Below are positions 38,032-49,036 of a stretch of 64,000 nucleotides of DNA, piece after piece (position 1 is the first letter of the stretch; every line of letters starts with the position of its first letter). Under the pieces are notes generated by a model, which worked only from the letters and a program-made list of their open reading frames with translations, was not told the origin of the DNA and ran no database searches. The translations under genes were made by a program, and so were the position numbers. The DNA is from a virus, in IMG/VR virus record IMGVR_UViG_3300023296_001253, one strand, 5' to 3'.

Positions 38032-38976
38032 GTGATGCATATTATAGATGGAAAAATTATCAGTTCAGATATGACTAAAACTGCTATGGGCGGAACTGAA
38101 TTGATGGTTAATGAATTAATAAAAAGAATTGAACCAGAGTTATTAAATAAGTTTGAAATAGTTGCTTCAAGAATTACACAGCCGCTGGATCAAAGTAAAA
38201 AAAGAATTTATTATGTTCATGATTTGCCAGATGATCCTGCTTCAGAACATTTAAATAATGGTGGATATAATCAATTTGAAAAAATTGTATTTGTTAGCAA
38301 TTGGCAAATGCAAGGGTATATTACAAAATATTCTATTCCCTGGTATAAATGTGCTGTTATTCAAAATGCTATTGTACCAATTGAAGTTCATGAAAAACCG
38401 ACAGATAAAATTAGATTGATTTATCATACAACTCCGCATAGAGGGCTTGATCTTTTGTATAATGCTTTTGATGCATTAACAAAAGATTATGATAATTTAG
38501 AGCTTGATGTTTTTTCTAGCTTTGAAATATATGGTTGGAAAGAAAGAGATGAGCCATATAAAGAGTTGTTTGATGCTTGCAATAATCATCCATTTATTAA
38601 TTATCATGGTTCTGTAAGTAATTCTGAGATTCGTGACGCCCTTAAACAAGCTAACATATATGGTTATCCCTGTGTGTGGCCAGAGACATCTTGCTTGTCA
38701 CTTATAGAAGCAATGAGCGCAGAACTTATATGCGTTCATCCAAATTATGCTGCTCTTTCAGAAACAGCAGCAAATTGGACTTTTATGTATCAGTGGCAGC
38801 AGAATAAGAGAGATCATTTACAAGTTTTTTATGGTATGCTTAGATCTGCCGTAGAATCATCTATAAATGGTAGTTCTAAAAATAGAGTTTATAACCAAAA
38901 ACAATATATTGATATGTTTTATAATTGGGATTTGAGAGCGACACAATGGAAGATGCTTTTGAGTTCCCTAGCATAA
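38032..38976 (+). CDS. GT-B (GT4-like) glycosyltransferase
   Basis: GGTEL, VFVS.WQ, P.RGL, YP..WPETSCLSLIEAMSA. Confidence 0.85.
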   Translation: MMHIIDGKIISSDMTKTAMGGTELMVNELIKRIEPELLNKFEIVASRITQPLDQSKKRIYYVHDLPDDPASEHLNNGGYNQFEKIVFVSNWQMQGYITKYSIPWYKCAVIQNAIVPIEVHEKPTDKIRLIYHTTPHRGLDLLYNAFDALTKDYDNLELDVFSSFEIYGWKERDEPYKELFDACNNHPFINYHGSVSNSEIRDALKQANIYGYPCVWPETSCLSLIEAMSAELICVHPNYAALSETAANWTFMYQWQQNKRDHLQVFYGMLRSAVESSINGSSKNRVYNQKQYIDMFYNWDLRATQWKMLLSSLA

Positions 38977-38983
38977 AGGCTAA

Positions 38984-39841
38984 GTGATGATACTATTAGA
39001 TCTAAATCAGGTAATGATTTCTAATTTGATGATGTCGGTAAAAAATAATAGTGAAATTGAAGAAGATTTAGTCCGTCATATGATTTTAAATACTATAAGA
39101 TCTCTTAGAAAGAAATTCTTTCAAGAATATGGTGAATTGGTTATTGCATGTGATGATACTAATTATTGGCGTAAGCAAATTTTTCCATATTATAAAGCCA
39201 GCAGAAAAAAAGATAGAGGCGAATCTCCTATGGATTGGAATAATATATTCCAGATATTAAATAAAATTAGAGACGAATTAAAAGAATATTTTCCATATAG
39301 AGTAATTCAAATTGAAACTGCTGAAGCAGATGATGTTATTGGAACTTTAGTTCAAGATGAAAATGATAAAGTTATAAATAACAGTAAGATACTTATCTTA
39401 TCAGGAGACAAAGATTTTATTCAATTGCAACAATATGATAATATCAAACAGTATGATCCAGTTAGAAAGAAATTTATTTCTCATAAAAATCCATCACTCT
39501 ATATTAAAGAGCATATTCTTCGTGGAGATGTTGGCGATGGAGTTCCAAATTTTTTATCTCATGACTCTACCTTTGTTGATGGGTCAAGACAAAAATCTAT
39601 TTATGCGACTAAAATGGATGTTTGGCTTAAACAAGAGCCAGCTGAGTTTTGCGACAGCGAAACATTGAGAAATTATAATAGAAATAAAATGTTAATCGAT
39701 TTGAATAATATTCCAGAAGATATAAAAAATAAAGTAAGAGAATCTTATAATAGTCAAGATAACAAAAAGAGAAATAAACTTTTCAATTATTTTGTTGAAA
39801 AAAAGTTAAAACATTTGATGGCAAACATAAACGAATTTTAA
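38984..39841 (+). CDS. rnh: RNase H / 5'-3' exonuclease
   Basis: D.NQV, YWRK..FPYYKA.RK, EADD, SGDKDFIQL, GD.GDGVPN. Confidence 0.95.
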   Translation: MMILLDLNQVMISNLMMSVKNNSEIEEDLVRHMILNTIRSLRKKFFQEYGELVIACDDTNYWRKQIFPYYKASRKKDRGESPMDWNNIFQILNKIRDELKEYFPYRVIQIETAEADDVIGTLVQDENDKVINNSKILILSGDKDFIQLQQYDNIKQYDPVRKKFISHKNPSLYIKEHILRGDVGDGVPNFLSHDSTFVDGSRQKSIYATKMDVWLKQEPAEFCDSETLRNYNRNKMLIDLNNIPEDIKNKVRESYNSQDNKKRNKLFNYFVEKKLKHLMANINEF

Positions 39842-39852
39842 GGTGATTATAT

Positions 39853-40272
39853 ATGAATAAAGGTATTTCTGAAATTTTAGAAGAAGCATCTAAACAAAGT
39901 AAAGTTAATGATAAAGTTGCAGTGTTACAAAAGAATGCTACACCAACTTTGAAAATGTTATTAAAAATGGCATTTGATAAAAATCTTAAATGGTTAATTC
40001 CACCAGGAGAGCCACCATTTAATAAAAATGATGCTCCAGGAGCTCAAGGAGCTTTATATGGAGCTACAAAAAAGTTTTATTTATTTGTAGAGCATAATGG
40101 AAAGAAAGCAGAAGTTAATCAAATTAAAAGAGAAGCTATTTTTATTCAAATTTTAGAAACTCTTGATCCAAGAGATGCTGTTCTTTTATGTTCTATAAAA
40201 GATAAAAAAATACCATATAATGGAATTACTAAGAACTTAGTTCTTAAAGCTTTTCCAGATATTTCACTATAA
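39853..40272 (+). CDS. conserved T4-like hypothetical protein
   Basis: ISEIL...W.IPPGEPPF...KRE.IFIQILE.L...A.LL..IKDK. Confidence 0.65.
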   Translation: MNKGISEILEEASKQSKVNDKVAVLQKNATPTLKMLLKMAFDKNLKWLIPPGEPPFNKNDAPGAQGALYGATKKFYLFVEHNGKKAEVNQIKREAIFIQILETLDPRDAVLLCSIKDKKIPYNGITKNLVLKAFPDISL

Positions 40273-40476
40273 TAGGAGACGAGACTGTGGGTAAAACATT
40301 TCATCACAAAAAAGGTTGGGATGACTATGATTATGATGATAAAAGTATAAAAAGAAAAAAGAAAAAGGCTTATTCTAAAAGACAGAATAATCTTAAAACA
40401 CAAACTCTTGATGACTTAGCAGATAAGCTAACTTACTGGGATATTATTCAAGACTCTGACTAGGATATTAAATTGA

Positions 40477-40716
40477 ATGCCGACATATACGTTTCTTAAT
40501 AAGAAAACAAAAAAAGAGTTTAGTTTGTTTATGTCAATGTCTGAAAAAGATGTTTATCTAAATGATAATCCTGATACTATACAAACTTTACTTGCTGCAA
40601 CTCCAGTGTGTGATCCAACTAATGTGGGAGTTAGAAGCAAGCCAGATGATGGTTTTCGTGATGTATTGAAAAAAATTAAAGGAAGTCACTACAAGTCCAA
40701 TATCAATACTTTTTAA
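40477..40716 (+). CDS. FmdB-like small regulator
   Basis: MPTYTF...KPDDGF.DVL.KIK. Confidence 0.6.
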   Translation: MPTYTFLNKKTKKEFSLFMSMSEKDVYLNDNPDTIQTLLAATPVCDPTNVGVRSKPDDGFRDVLKKIKGSHYKSNINTF

Positions 40717-40736
40717 CTTAACCACGGAGTACGAGA

Positions 40737-41492
40737 TTGCTAGATATCGAAATCGAATCTAAATTTCTATCAAATGCAGAAAAAAGAGAAATAAGAAAAG
40801 AAAGAAGACGTAACAAAACAGCACCAAAAACAGCCAACATGTCATTAGTCGATATAAATCCAATGACTAAAAATCAAATGTTAGCATTTGACGAATTTGA
40901 ATTAGATAAAAATTTATTATTAAATGGATGTGCTGGAACTGGAAAAACTTTTATATCATTATATCTTGCTTTAAAAAGCATTGCATCAAATAAAAATGAT
41001 ATTCACAAAGTTACTATTGTAAGATCTATTGTTCCAACAAGAGATGTTGGTTTCTTACCAGGAGATCTTACAAAAAAGACTGATTTATATGAATCGCCAT
41101 ATATGGCTATGTGCAGCGAGTTATTTTCTAGAGGTGATGCTTATGCTATATTAAAGCAAAAAGCAGTTTTAGAGTTCTTACCAACATCATATATTAGAGG
41201 CATTACTATAAGCGATTCTATCGTAATTGTAGATGAGATGCAAAATCTAAATTATCATGAGTTGGATTCTATAATAACTCGTATGGGTGAAAATTCTAGA
41301 ATAATCTTTTGTGGCGATTTTAATCAAAGCGATCTTATTAAGAAAAGTGAAAAAAATGGAATACTTGATTTCATGAAAATTCTTGATAGAATGAAAAGTT
41401 TTTCAAGAATTGAATTTATTAAAGATGATATTGTTAGGAGTGGATTAGTTAGAGAGTATATTATAGCAAAAGAAAAAATCTCTCAACACTAA
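40737..41492 (+). CDS. phoH: PhoH-family ATPase
   Basis: GCAGTGKT, GFLPG, IRGIT, VDEMQN, TRMG, GD..QSD, DIVRSG.V. Confidence 0.95.
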   Translation: MLDIEIESKFLSNAEKREIRKERRRNKTAPKTANMSLVDINPMTKNQMLAFDEFELDKNLLLNGCAGTGKTFISLYLALKSIASNKNDIHKVTIVRSIVPTRDVGFLPGDLTKKTDLYESPYMAMCSELFSRGDAYAILKQKAVLEFLPTSYIRGITISDSIVIVDEMQNLNYHELDSIITRMGENSRIIFCGDFNQSDLIKKSEKNGILDFMKILDRMKSFSRIEFIKDDIVRSGLVREYIIAKEKISQH

Positions 41493-41500
41493 AAAGTATA

Positions 41501-42214
41501 TTGTATAATTTATTAGCAAAACGTGAATTTAAAGAGTTTAAGAGGCACCCTTTGATAGATCGGGTGTCTCTTGTGCCAGAATTGATACGAATTGATGGCG
41601 GCGAACATCGGTTATATGAAACTCTAGAAGGAAATAAATATCCTTCTGTTACATCAGTCTTTAGTGTAATTGATAAGCCAGAGATACAGGCCTGGCGAGA
41701 TAGTATGGGGCACGACGAAGCTGATAAATGGACTCGTAGGGCTGGTAATAAAGGAACTATTCTTCATGATATGTGTGAAAGATATGTTTTAAATACATTA
41801 AGAGAAAATCAAGAAGATTACAATTTTATATCAGTAAATAATTTTCTTCCGGTTAAAAAAGTTATCGACAAAGTTATTGATAATATTTTAGCTGTCGAAT
41901 TGAAAATATATTCAGATAAATTAAAAACGGCTGGCACAGTAGATTTAATAGCTGATGTATATAAAAAATTAGCTGTAGTAGATTATAAAACATCTAATCA
42001 ATATAAGTATAAAGATCAGTGCTCTACATTTTTTATGCAGGGTGCAGCTTATGCTTTTATGATTAATGAATTATTAGGAACATCAATAGAAGATATATTA
42101 ATAATTGTCGCTGTAGATGGTGGTGACACTATAGTTCATCATGAAAAAGTAGAAGATCACTTTAAAGAATTTTTGAAAATAAGAGTTGAATTTAAGGAAA
42201 AGTTTGGAATATAA
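41501..42214 (+). CDS. PD-(D/E)XK exonuclease
   Basis: YPSVTSV, GT.LH, AGTVDL, DYKTS, Q.AAYA. Confidence 0.85.
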   Translation: MYNLLAKREFKEFKRHPLIDRVSLVPELIRIDGGEHRLYETLEGNKYPSVTSVFSVIDKPEIQAWRDSMGHDEADKWTRRAGNKGTILHDMCERYVLNTLRENQEDYNFISVNNFLPVKKVIDKVIDNILAVELKIYSDKLKTAGTVDLIADVYKKLAVVDYKTSNQYKYKDQCSTFFMQGAAYAFMINELLGTSIEDILIIVAVDGGDTIVHHEKVEDHFKEFLKIRVEFKEKFGI

Positions 42215-42399
42215 TAATATGAAAACTGTAAAATTTCAAGTTAAACCTGATGCAGCTATCGCAAAGCCTAATATAGAAATTACAAAATATGTATGCCGTA
42301 ATGCTGTTAAGTGGCCAGATTTAGTAAACTATTATCTAAATTCTTCGATTGATTATAGAAATATGATAGCGCAAATGATTTTAATAAAGAGGATTTTAA

Positions 42400-42636
42400 A
42401 TGAAAATTAATGGAGTATTATCTGCTTCAGACTTTGTAAAAGAAATAGAAGAAATGTCTAAGAAATTAGGAGTTCCATATATTGATGCAGTCATTCATTA
42501 TTGTGATACTAATAAAATAGAATTAGAAACAGCAGCAGGAATGATTAGACTTTCTAGTCCAATGAAATCTAAAATACAAAATGAAGCAGAAGATTTAAAT
42601 TTTTTACCAAAAACAACAAGTAAGTTACCAATATGA
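42400..42636 (+). CDS. 33: late-transcription coactivator
   Basis: F..EIE...YIDAV..YC....IE.E....LNFLP; gp33-59-32 synteny. Confidence 0.9.
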   Translation: MKINGVLSASDFVKEIEEMSKKLGVPYIDAVIHYCDTNKIELETAAGMIRLSSPMKSKIQNEAEDLNFLPKTTSKLPI

Positions 42637-43220
42637 CCTCTGATGCATTTGAAGCTTATCAACAATTCTTGGCTTTACATAGTCATTTCTATCAAAAAAA
42701 TTATGATTACTTTAAGTATAATAAGAAAATACGAGCTTCCTACGAAAGATTTTTAAATAGAAAAGACAAGTATTTCTTTAGAAAGCTTGCAAAAGAAAAA
42801 GATATTGAAGGGTTTGTAGTATCTAATATTTTGGCTAGTACAAAAAAAATATGGATAATGGATCTATTTGACGAGAAAGCTGAAGAAAACTATATTGACT
42901 GGAAAAAACAAAAAGAATCTTTATTTTATAACTTTAAAGAAGATTTATCTATATTACATAATGACGTTAGTATGTCAATTTTAGTAAAGAATGGTCAACA
43001 TCCATTATTGCTGAAACAATATTTATCAAAATCCATATCAATTAATACTTTAATAATACTTGATTCTTGTCTACATATATTTGATTACTGGAATACACAC
43101 ATACAAGATAATGTTGTGTGGCCTGGAGAATACATGAAGTTAGTCAAGTATAGATCGTTTTTAAGCTTTGATAAAGCCAAATATAAAAATTATTTAGTTG
43201 ACATTATAAAGAAAAAGTGA
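42633..43220 (+). CDS. 59: helicase loader
   Basis: AY..FLAL..HF....YDYFKY.K...RKDKYFF.KL. Confidence 0.92.
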   Translation: MTSDAFEAYQQFLALHSHFYQKNYDYFKYNKKIRASYERFLNRKDKYFFRKLAKEKDIEGFVVSNILASTKKIWIMDLFDEKAEENYIDWKKQKESLFYNFKEDLSILHNDVSMSILVKNGQHPLLLKQYLSKSISINTLIILDSCLHIFDYWNTHIQDNVVWPGEYMKLVKYRSFLSFDKAKYKNYLVDIIKKK

Positions 43221-43228
43221 TATAAATA
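43198..43228 (+). promoter_or_regulatory. composite sigma70 plus late promoter for gene 32
   Basis: TTGACA-17-TATAAATA. Confidence 0.75.
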
Positions 43229-43311
43229 TACTACTATATTATGAAAGATGTGAAATATTTAGCAAAAACAGACATACGTAGCATACGTAGTTATAAGAAA
43301 AAGGAAAACAC

Positions 43312-44265
43312 ATGTCTTTTGAAACATTAAAGCGCAATCGCGAAGAAGCAAAACAAAACTTACTTGATAAAGTAAGTAAACTCAATTCTAGTCAGAATAA
43401 GAAATTTGATAATGAAGATGAGAGATTTTGGAAGCCTGAAGTAGACAAAGCCGGAAATGGTTATGCCGTAATTAGGTTCCTTCCAAATCACGAAGATGAA
43501 GAAATGCCTACAATCATGTATTATGATCATTTCTTCCAGGGGCAAGCTGGTTGGTATGTTGAAAAATGCCCAACATCAATTGGAAAAGATTGTCCAGCAT
43601 GCGCACATAATACTAAGTTGTGGAACTCAGGTTCTCCATCTAACAAAGACTTAGCTAGAGATCGTAAAAGACGTTTACATTATGTAGCTAATATTTTGGT
43701 TATTCATGATCCATCAAACCCAAGCAACGAAGGAAAAGTTTTCTTTTATCGTTTTGGTAAGAAGATTTATGATAAGCTAAACGACAAGATGTTCCCAGAA
43801 TATCCAGATGAGGATCCAATGATCCCGTATGATATGTTTGAAGGAGCGCATTTTAAGCTCAAAGTTAGGAAAGTCGATGGCTATCCAAACTATGATAAAT
43901 CAGAATTCGACAACCCTTCACCAGTTTATGATGATGAAGATAAGATGAAAGAAGTATATGAATCAATCATGCTTCTTCAACCTCTTATGGCCGAAGATAC
44001 ATTCAAGAGTTATGATGTATTAAATGAGAAGCATGTTAAAGTGCTTCAACTTGGAAAAGATGTTTCTCAGGCTGAATATGATAATGCAGAAGATGTCGAT
44101 GATGATGACGATGAAGTAGATCAATTACTAAATAATGTAGTAAATAATGCTAAGAATGAATCTACAAAAACTGAAGATACTCCTTGGGAATCAACTGATT
44201 CGGATGATTCGTCAAGCGACGATGATGATGAAGCAGAATGGTTTAAGAAGCTCGCTGAAGGGTAA
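43312..44265 (+). CDS. 32: single-stranded DNA-binding protein
   Basis: DERFWKP..DKAGNGYAVIRFLP, C...C..C, GKKIYDK, NYDKSEF, acidic tail. Confidence 0.97.
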   Translation: MSFETLKRNREEAKQNLLDKVSKLNSSQNKKFDNEDERFWKPEVDKAGNGYAVIRFLPNHEDEEMPTIMYYDHFFQGQAGWYVEKCPTSIGKDCPACAHNTKLWNSGSPSNKDLARDRKRRLHYVANILVIHDPSNPSNEGKVFFYRFGKKIYDKLNDKMFPEYPDEDPMIPYDMFEGAHFKLKVRKVDGYPNYDKSEFDNPSPVYDDEDKMKEVYESIMLLQPLMAEDTFKSYDVLNEKHVKVLQLGKDVSQAEYDNAEDVDDDDDEVDQLLNNVVNNAKNESTKTEDTPWESTDSDDSSSDDDDEAEWFKKLAEG

Positions 44266-44298
44266 CTTATAGTTAACAATTGGACAATATGTCAAACT

Positions 44299-44325
44299 AA
44301 AGGGAGCCTTTCAGCTCCCTTTTTT
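44299..44325. terminator. intrinsic terminator between convergent genes
   Basis: AAAGGGAGC-CTTTCA-GCTCCCTTT TTT. Confidence 0.85.
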
Positions 44326-46861
44326 ATATTACTGGCAAACCCTGTTCATTATAATAATAAGCTACTTCCTGATAAGATTCTTCATTTGGTGAAATTTTAG
44401 CTGGAGAATCATTTCCTTCTTGAGCCACTTTAGCATATTGCTTTTGCTTTTTACGATTTTCTCCTGGTATGTTAATTCCAGAATATGTTATATCATTATT
44501 AATAGGAGGGTCATGGCTATTCTTAGCTTCTCCTTGTTGATTACTGCTTCCAGTTATTACTGGACGAATAAATGTTCTTTCTTGTTGTATGTCTTTTGGA
44601 ACAATTCTACCAAGCCCTTTGATTTTTTCTATAACCTCAGAATTCATTTCTTCAATTTGTTTTGGATTTAAATTAGTTAATGTTCTTGTTTCTGGATCAT
44701 ATTTTCCACCGTTCTTTTCTGCTCCTTCTTTAAAGCCACTATTGATTTGCCCAGTTGCAAATGGAACATTTTTAGCAGCATCATATAATTTATCAGAAAC
44801 TTTATAAGCTTGCTGTTCTTTTTTGCCTACTGGTTTCATAGGATGTCCAGCAGTTTTTAATGCTTCGCCAACTGATTGTTGAACTACTCTAGCTGTTTGT
44901 TTTTCAACTTCTTCTTTAACTGTGTTGGTTGCTTGCTTTGTAACATCTTCTTTAGCATTCGCTAAATCTTTTTTGGCTTCAGTTTTAAGACTTCTAATAT
45001 CTTTTTTAGATATTGCTCCACCCCATGACCATTCTCTATCACCAGCCATATCTATATGAATAGAACCATCTTTATAAACACCAATCCCTTTGGCTCCATT
45101 TTTATATGCTTCTCTTATAAAAGATCTTCTTTGTGAATCATTTTCAAAACCAGTTACATCTACAGCTCGACCTGTAGAATGAACTGTTGTTTTTTGACCT
45201 TTCTTTTTACCAGATTCACTAATCCAATTTCCTTTGCCACTAGTAAAAGTTATTTCTTCCATTCCAGCAGAAGTAGCAGATCGCTGAGCTATGTTTTGTA
45301 TGCTTTCATCTACATCACCAGGTCTTTTTGGCCCATATTGCTTATTAATTTTTGTAGCAACAGAAGTGTCTGATTCATGTTTAGTGGAACTTTCAGATAA
45401 TTGTTTCTTGCCTCTATTTACTGTAGAATTTTGTACTGATCCAACTGTAACTAATCCACGCGTCGCTGAAATAGCACTGGCTTGATTAGTTCGACTAATT
45501 ACAGAATTGGGTTCATCATAATTAATTTTTTTAGCATTAGCTGGAGACAACTGAAGAGCCCATAATTTAGCAGAATCTTGCGCGGCTTCGCCTGTAAAGA
45601 AACTAGGTTCTATACCCCATTTTTTCATATATTCGCCATGAACTTTAAGTTGATCATCTAACGATAATTGTTGATATTCTTGTGGCGTTAAAGAGCCTAA
45701 ACCAGCTCGTCGTGCCAGTTCTGGTATTTGGTTATCTTCTAATTGCCACGCTCCATAAAATTTATTTTTAAATCCACCTCTAGCAGATGTGTTAACACCA
45801 CTTTCGATATCAAGCGCCCCAGCTAAAGCCTCTGGGCTAATTCCCCAGCGTTTAGCATGATCAAGAATTGCTTTATCTCTATTTGAAGCTGGTTTATATT
45901 GTTGTCCAGAACTATTGTTTGGTTTACCACCTTCATACAATCTTTCAATCTGGCCGTGCACATTTCCGCCAGCTCCACCGGGTCCAAATCCATCAGTTAA
46001 TTTTTTAGTTCTTCCAATGTTTGTTCTTTGTTGTGTTGCAACAGAAGACTTAGTTTCTCCTCTTCTTGGATCACGCCTTGGGCTCATTCCACCATCAGCC
46101 CCAGTACCAAGATCTTTTTTTAATTTATCTACATCAGACTTAACTTTTTCTCCTGGATCTCCCTTTGGAGCTATAAAGCTGGCTATAGCGCCAACAGCTA
46201 ATATTCCTGCTCCAGCAGCAAGAACCCAAGGATTTCTTAAAGCAAATTTTGCTATTTGATAAGCTAAATAACTTCCTATAATACTTCCACTAGGATTATT
46301 TGATCCAGCGCTTTGAAGCGTAGCTGCTAAATCTGCAAGAGCGCTTCTAGCCTGTCCAACTTCTAATTTATTTTGCATAACTTGTTGATTTAAAGTAGTA
46401 TATCTAAAATCATCTTCTCTTTTTTGTTCTATATTCGCAAATTGCTGTCTTTGAAAATTAGCTTGTATAGAATCAAAATTCGATTGCATTGTTTTAATAG
46501 AAGTTCTATTTCTATATGCTGAGCTTTTAATAGCCCACACTTCTTCATTTACATTATCTAATGTATCTCTCATAAAAGACATTTTTTGCTTTATGTTTGA
46601 AAAACTGCCTTGAGTGTTTCTATCTTTTTCTTCAATTACTCTAGTAACATCATTTAGTCCAGATTCTAGACTAGATGCTATATTAGTGCTTGATTTTGTT
46701 GACATAGTTGATTCAACTTTATCAAACACATTTCGAATCTGACCAGCATTCTTTGATACTAGTTGAGATACTTGCTGTATTTTATCAGTATTATCTTTCA
46801 TTCCTTTAAAGAAAGAAACTGAAGATAATACTGATCCTATTGTGTCTTTATTAAGAGCCAT
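44324..46861 (-). CDS. baseplate hub / tape-measure-like protein with lysozyme-like and M15A peptidase domains
   Basis: coiled coil plus TM; LDIESG...YGAWQL; HSTGRAVD...GIGVY...IHID; downstream of gp26 and gp51. Confidence 0.7.
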   Translation of the reverse strand: MALNKDTIGSVLSSVSFFKGMKDNTDKIQQVSQLVSKNAGQIRNVFDKVESTMSTKSSTNIASSLESGLNDVTRVIEEKDRNTQGSFSNIKQKMSFMRDTLDNVNEEVWAIKSSAYRNRTSIKTMQSNFDSIQANFQRQQFANIEQKREDDFRYTTLNQQVMQNKLEVGQARSALADLAATLQSAGSNNPSGSIIGSYLAYQIAKFALRNPWVLAAGAGILAVGAIASFIAPKGDPGEKVKSDVDKLKKDLGTGADGGMSPRRDPRRGETKSSVATQQRTNIGRTKKLTDGFGPGGAGGNVHGQIERLYEGGKPNNSSGQQYKPASNRDKAILDHAKRWGISPEALAGALDIESGVNTSARGGFKNKFYGAWQLEDNQIPELARRAGLGSLTPQEYQQLSLDDQLKVHGEYMKKWGIEPSFFTGEAAQDSAKLWALQLSPANAKKINYDEPNSVISRTNQASAISATRGLVTVGSVQNSTVNRGKKQLSESSTKHESDTSVATKINKQYGPKRPGDVDESIQNIAQRSATSAGMEEITFTSGKGNWISESGKKKGQKTTVHSTGRAVDVTGFENDSQRRSFIREAYKNGAKGIGVYKDGSIHIDMAGDREWSWGGAISKKDIRSLKTEAKKDLANAKEDVTKQATNTVKEEVEKQTARVVQQSVGEALKTAGHPMKPVGKKEQQAYKVSDKLYDAAKNVPFATGQINSGFKEGAEKNGGKYDPETRTLTNLNPKQIEEMNSEVIEKIKGLGRIVPKDIQQERTFIRPVITGSSNQQGEAKNSHDPPINNDITYSGINIPGENRKKQKQYAKVAQEGNDSPAKISPNEESYQEVAYYYNEQGLPVI

Positions 46862-47027
46862 ATGATTGAGCCATGTCCTGTTCTTGTTTTACGGCATCTA
46901 ATACCATTTGTAGATATAAATCTTTTTCGTAAATAATCATGTTTTCTATTTCATTCAAATTGTATTTAAATCTATGAATCATAGAGAATATAGTCATGTA
47001 CCAATTCTCTAATGTATCATGACTCAT
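46851..47027 (-). CDS. 51: baseplate hub assembly protein gp51-like
   Basis: manual translation MSHDTLENWY.TIFSM...KY.L.EIENMI.YEKDLY; follows gp26. Confidence 0.8.
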   Translation of the reverse strand: MSHDTLENWYMTIFSMIHRFKYNLNEIENMIIYEKDLYLQMVLDAVKQEQDMAQSYGS

Positions 47028-47755
47028 AGCAATGTAAAAAAATCGTTTAACGTATTTAGAACTATTTCTCGTTCTGTCCCAGCGTCGTTTGTGTATTTAA
47101 TAATATATTCCATTTTTGGAACATTTTCGAAGAAATCATTTAATTTTCTGGCAGAACCAGCTTCTAAATTGTTAATGAATTCTTCTAATTCTGTTTTTTC
47201 TTTATCATGATCTACGATGTGTTTTTGACCTGATTCTTCAATAGCATATATACAACTTATTAAAATTTCTTGAGCTATCTCTTCATTATCTTCAGCATTC
47301 AAAAAGTCTTTATTAGAATATAATGTTGCTGGCGGATATCGCATAATAACATTGATATGTTCACTAACACTAATAATGTTATTGTTAGGATCTGTGTTAG
47401 GATGAACTATTTTAATATCATCTAAATTAATAGCAAAATCTCTTGTTACATCATCTTCTATATCTTTATAACTCAAATTGATAACATTACCAATCGAATA
47501 TCCTCTGAGTTTTAAAAACAAATACTCTAAATCTAATAAAGAAATTTTATCGATATCAAACACATCACTTTCTTCTAAGCAACAGTTATTTACAATTTGC
47601 TTTATATGAAGAAATATATCTGTTTCTGAATCTCCGGCTTTTGAAGTTAAAAGAATTTTTTCTTCTTTTACTATCATTGGTCTAAATTTTAATGATTTTT
47701 TTGTAGTTGGAACTTCTATCATTATTATTGGGTAATCAATTTTTGGAAATGTCAT
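47024..47755 (-). CDS. 26: baseplate hub subunit
   Basis: PKID.P...FRP..VKEEKILL...DLEYLFL.LR..SIG...L.DFF. Confidence 0.9.
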   Translation of the reverse strand: MTFPKIDYPIIMIEVPTTKKSLKFRPMIVKEEKILLTSKAGDSETDIFLHIKQIVNNCCLEESDVFDIDKISLLDLEYLFLKLRGYSIGNVINLSYKDIEDDVTRDFAINLDDIKIVHPNTDPNNNIISVSEHINVIMRYPPATLYSNKDFLNAEDNEEIAQEILISCIYAIEESGQKHIVDHDKEKTELEEFINNLEAGSARKLNDFFENVPKMEYIIKYTNDAGTEREIVLNTLNDFFTLL

Positions 47756-47769
47756 TATTTAGTCATCCT

Positions 47770-48507
47770 TTAACTTCCGTCTGGTTTAATTGTTTTTGGT
47801 GCTAATTGAGCAGGGCCAACATAACTGCTATTTTGTGCTTGATTGGTTGTAGAGAAAGCTGGCTTTTCTGTATACCAATCATAATATGCAAAACTTATTG
47901 GGAATCTTACTAGATTGTTTGTACTATTCCAGCTTACTGGAACTGGTGATAAAAATATTGGATATGCCTGCATCAAATGAACTTTAATAGCTTCTTCGCC
48001 GTGCTGATCATATGATACAAATGTTAAATTGGTTTCATATGTTTTTTTGTATGCGACTTCATACCAATATTTGTTAGAAGAAACTCCTTCTATCGCAGTG
48101 TTAGTTGTATTAGTATTTTTTAAAGCTGTTGATGAATTAAAGTTGACTATTAGATTCATCCACGATTGGAAGAAATTGTGTATTTTACCGTCTGAGTCTC
48201 CAAGAACTGTTATATCATGTGGAGCAAAAACAGAAACATAAGGCTTCATTTCTAAAGCTCCTACACCATATCTTCTTATTTCGTTTGTTGCTAAACTAAC
48301 ACCTGGCAGCGAAGTCATTTCTACTCTGAACATCATATCAGTCATAGTTTCTTTAAACTGAGAATTTTGTGAAGCTGAGTTCATTCCAGTTGGTAAAGAA
48401 TCTATAATAAGACTGAAATCAGTTGTTTTCTGATATCCATTATTTTTAATAGATGATTTAAAACTATCTATATTAAATCGTTGATTTTTATTTAATTGAT
48501 CTGCCAT
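47770..48507 (-). CDS. tail-tube initiator gp54 / gp19-like protein
   Basis: LPG.....E.R.YG...FF..W...AYP......W...F.Y. Confidence 0.7.
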   Translation of the reverse strand: MADQLNKNQRFNIDSFKSSIKNNGYQKTTDFSLIIDSLPTGMNSASQNSQFKETMTDMMFRVEMTSLPGVSLATNEIRRYGVGALEMKPYVSVFAPHDITVLGDSDGKIHNFFQSWMNLIVNFNSSTALKNTNTTNTAIEGVSSNKYWYEVAYKKTYETNLTFVSYDQHGEEAIKVHLMQAYPIFLSPVPVSWNSTNNLVRFPISFAYYDWYTEKPAFSTTNQAQNSSYVGPAQLAPKTIKPDGS

Positions 48508-49036
48508 ACTTTTTTGCTTTTTTCTTTGCTGCGCTTTTTGTTACAAAATCTGGTCTTATAATATAAGGAGACTCGTACCAGCGTGATGGATCTATAATTA
48601 AAATTCTTGATCTTAATCTAGATGTTAAATATCTTCTATAGGCTTTTTTGGTTATACTAAATGATTCAAGTGCTTGTATTACTTGATATGTAACCATCAT
48701 TTTAGTTGTTATATCATTTTTATCATTTGTTAAATTTTTAGCTACTTCTGAAATAAAGCCTATAGCATTCATTTCTGAAGGTAGAAAATGTAAGTTGATT
48801 CCTGCAAATCCATCTGAATGATTTGTTAAGATTAAAACAAGAGGATTTTTATCATATTGATATAATGAATCTTTGTGTAAAGGATCATATCTATAATGAA
48901 CTATTTTTCCAATACTTTCTGCTCCAAGATTTTCTAAAAAAAATCCTTTGCGTTCAGTATCTATTATTATTTGTTGCTTAACAGGAAGAGTGTTTTCGGC
49001 TCCTAATTTGCTAAGGTTTTTTTCGTTTTCCGACAT
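48488..49036 (-). CDS. 2: DNA end protector
   Basis: YDP.HK..L..YD..PL...GF.GINLHFLP...RYL. Confidence 0.85.
   Translation of the reverse strand: MSENEKNLSKLGAENTLPVKQQIIIDTERKGFFLENLGAESIGKIVHYRYDPLHKDSLYQYDKNPLVLILTNHSDGFAGINLHFLPSEMNAIGFISEVAKNLTNDKNDITTKMMVTYQVIQALESFSITKKAYRRYLTSRLRSRILIIDPSRWYESPYIIRPDFVTKSAAKKKAKKYGRSIK

Noticed and set aside
41501-42214. Cas4
   Set aside because: It lacks the four-Cys Fe-S motif and sits in the usual T4-like exonuclease position next to phoH.
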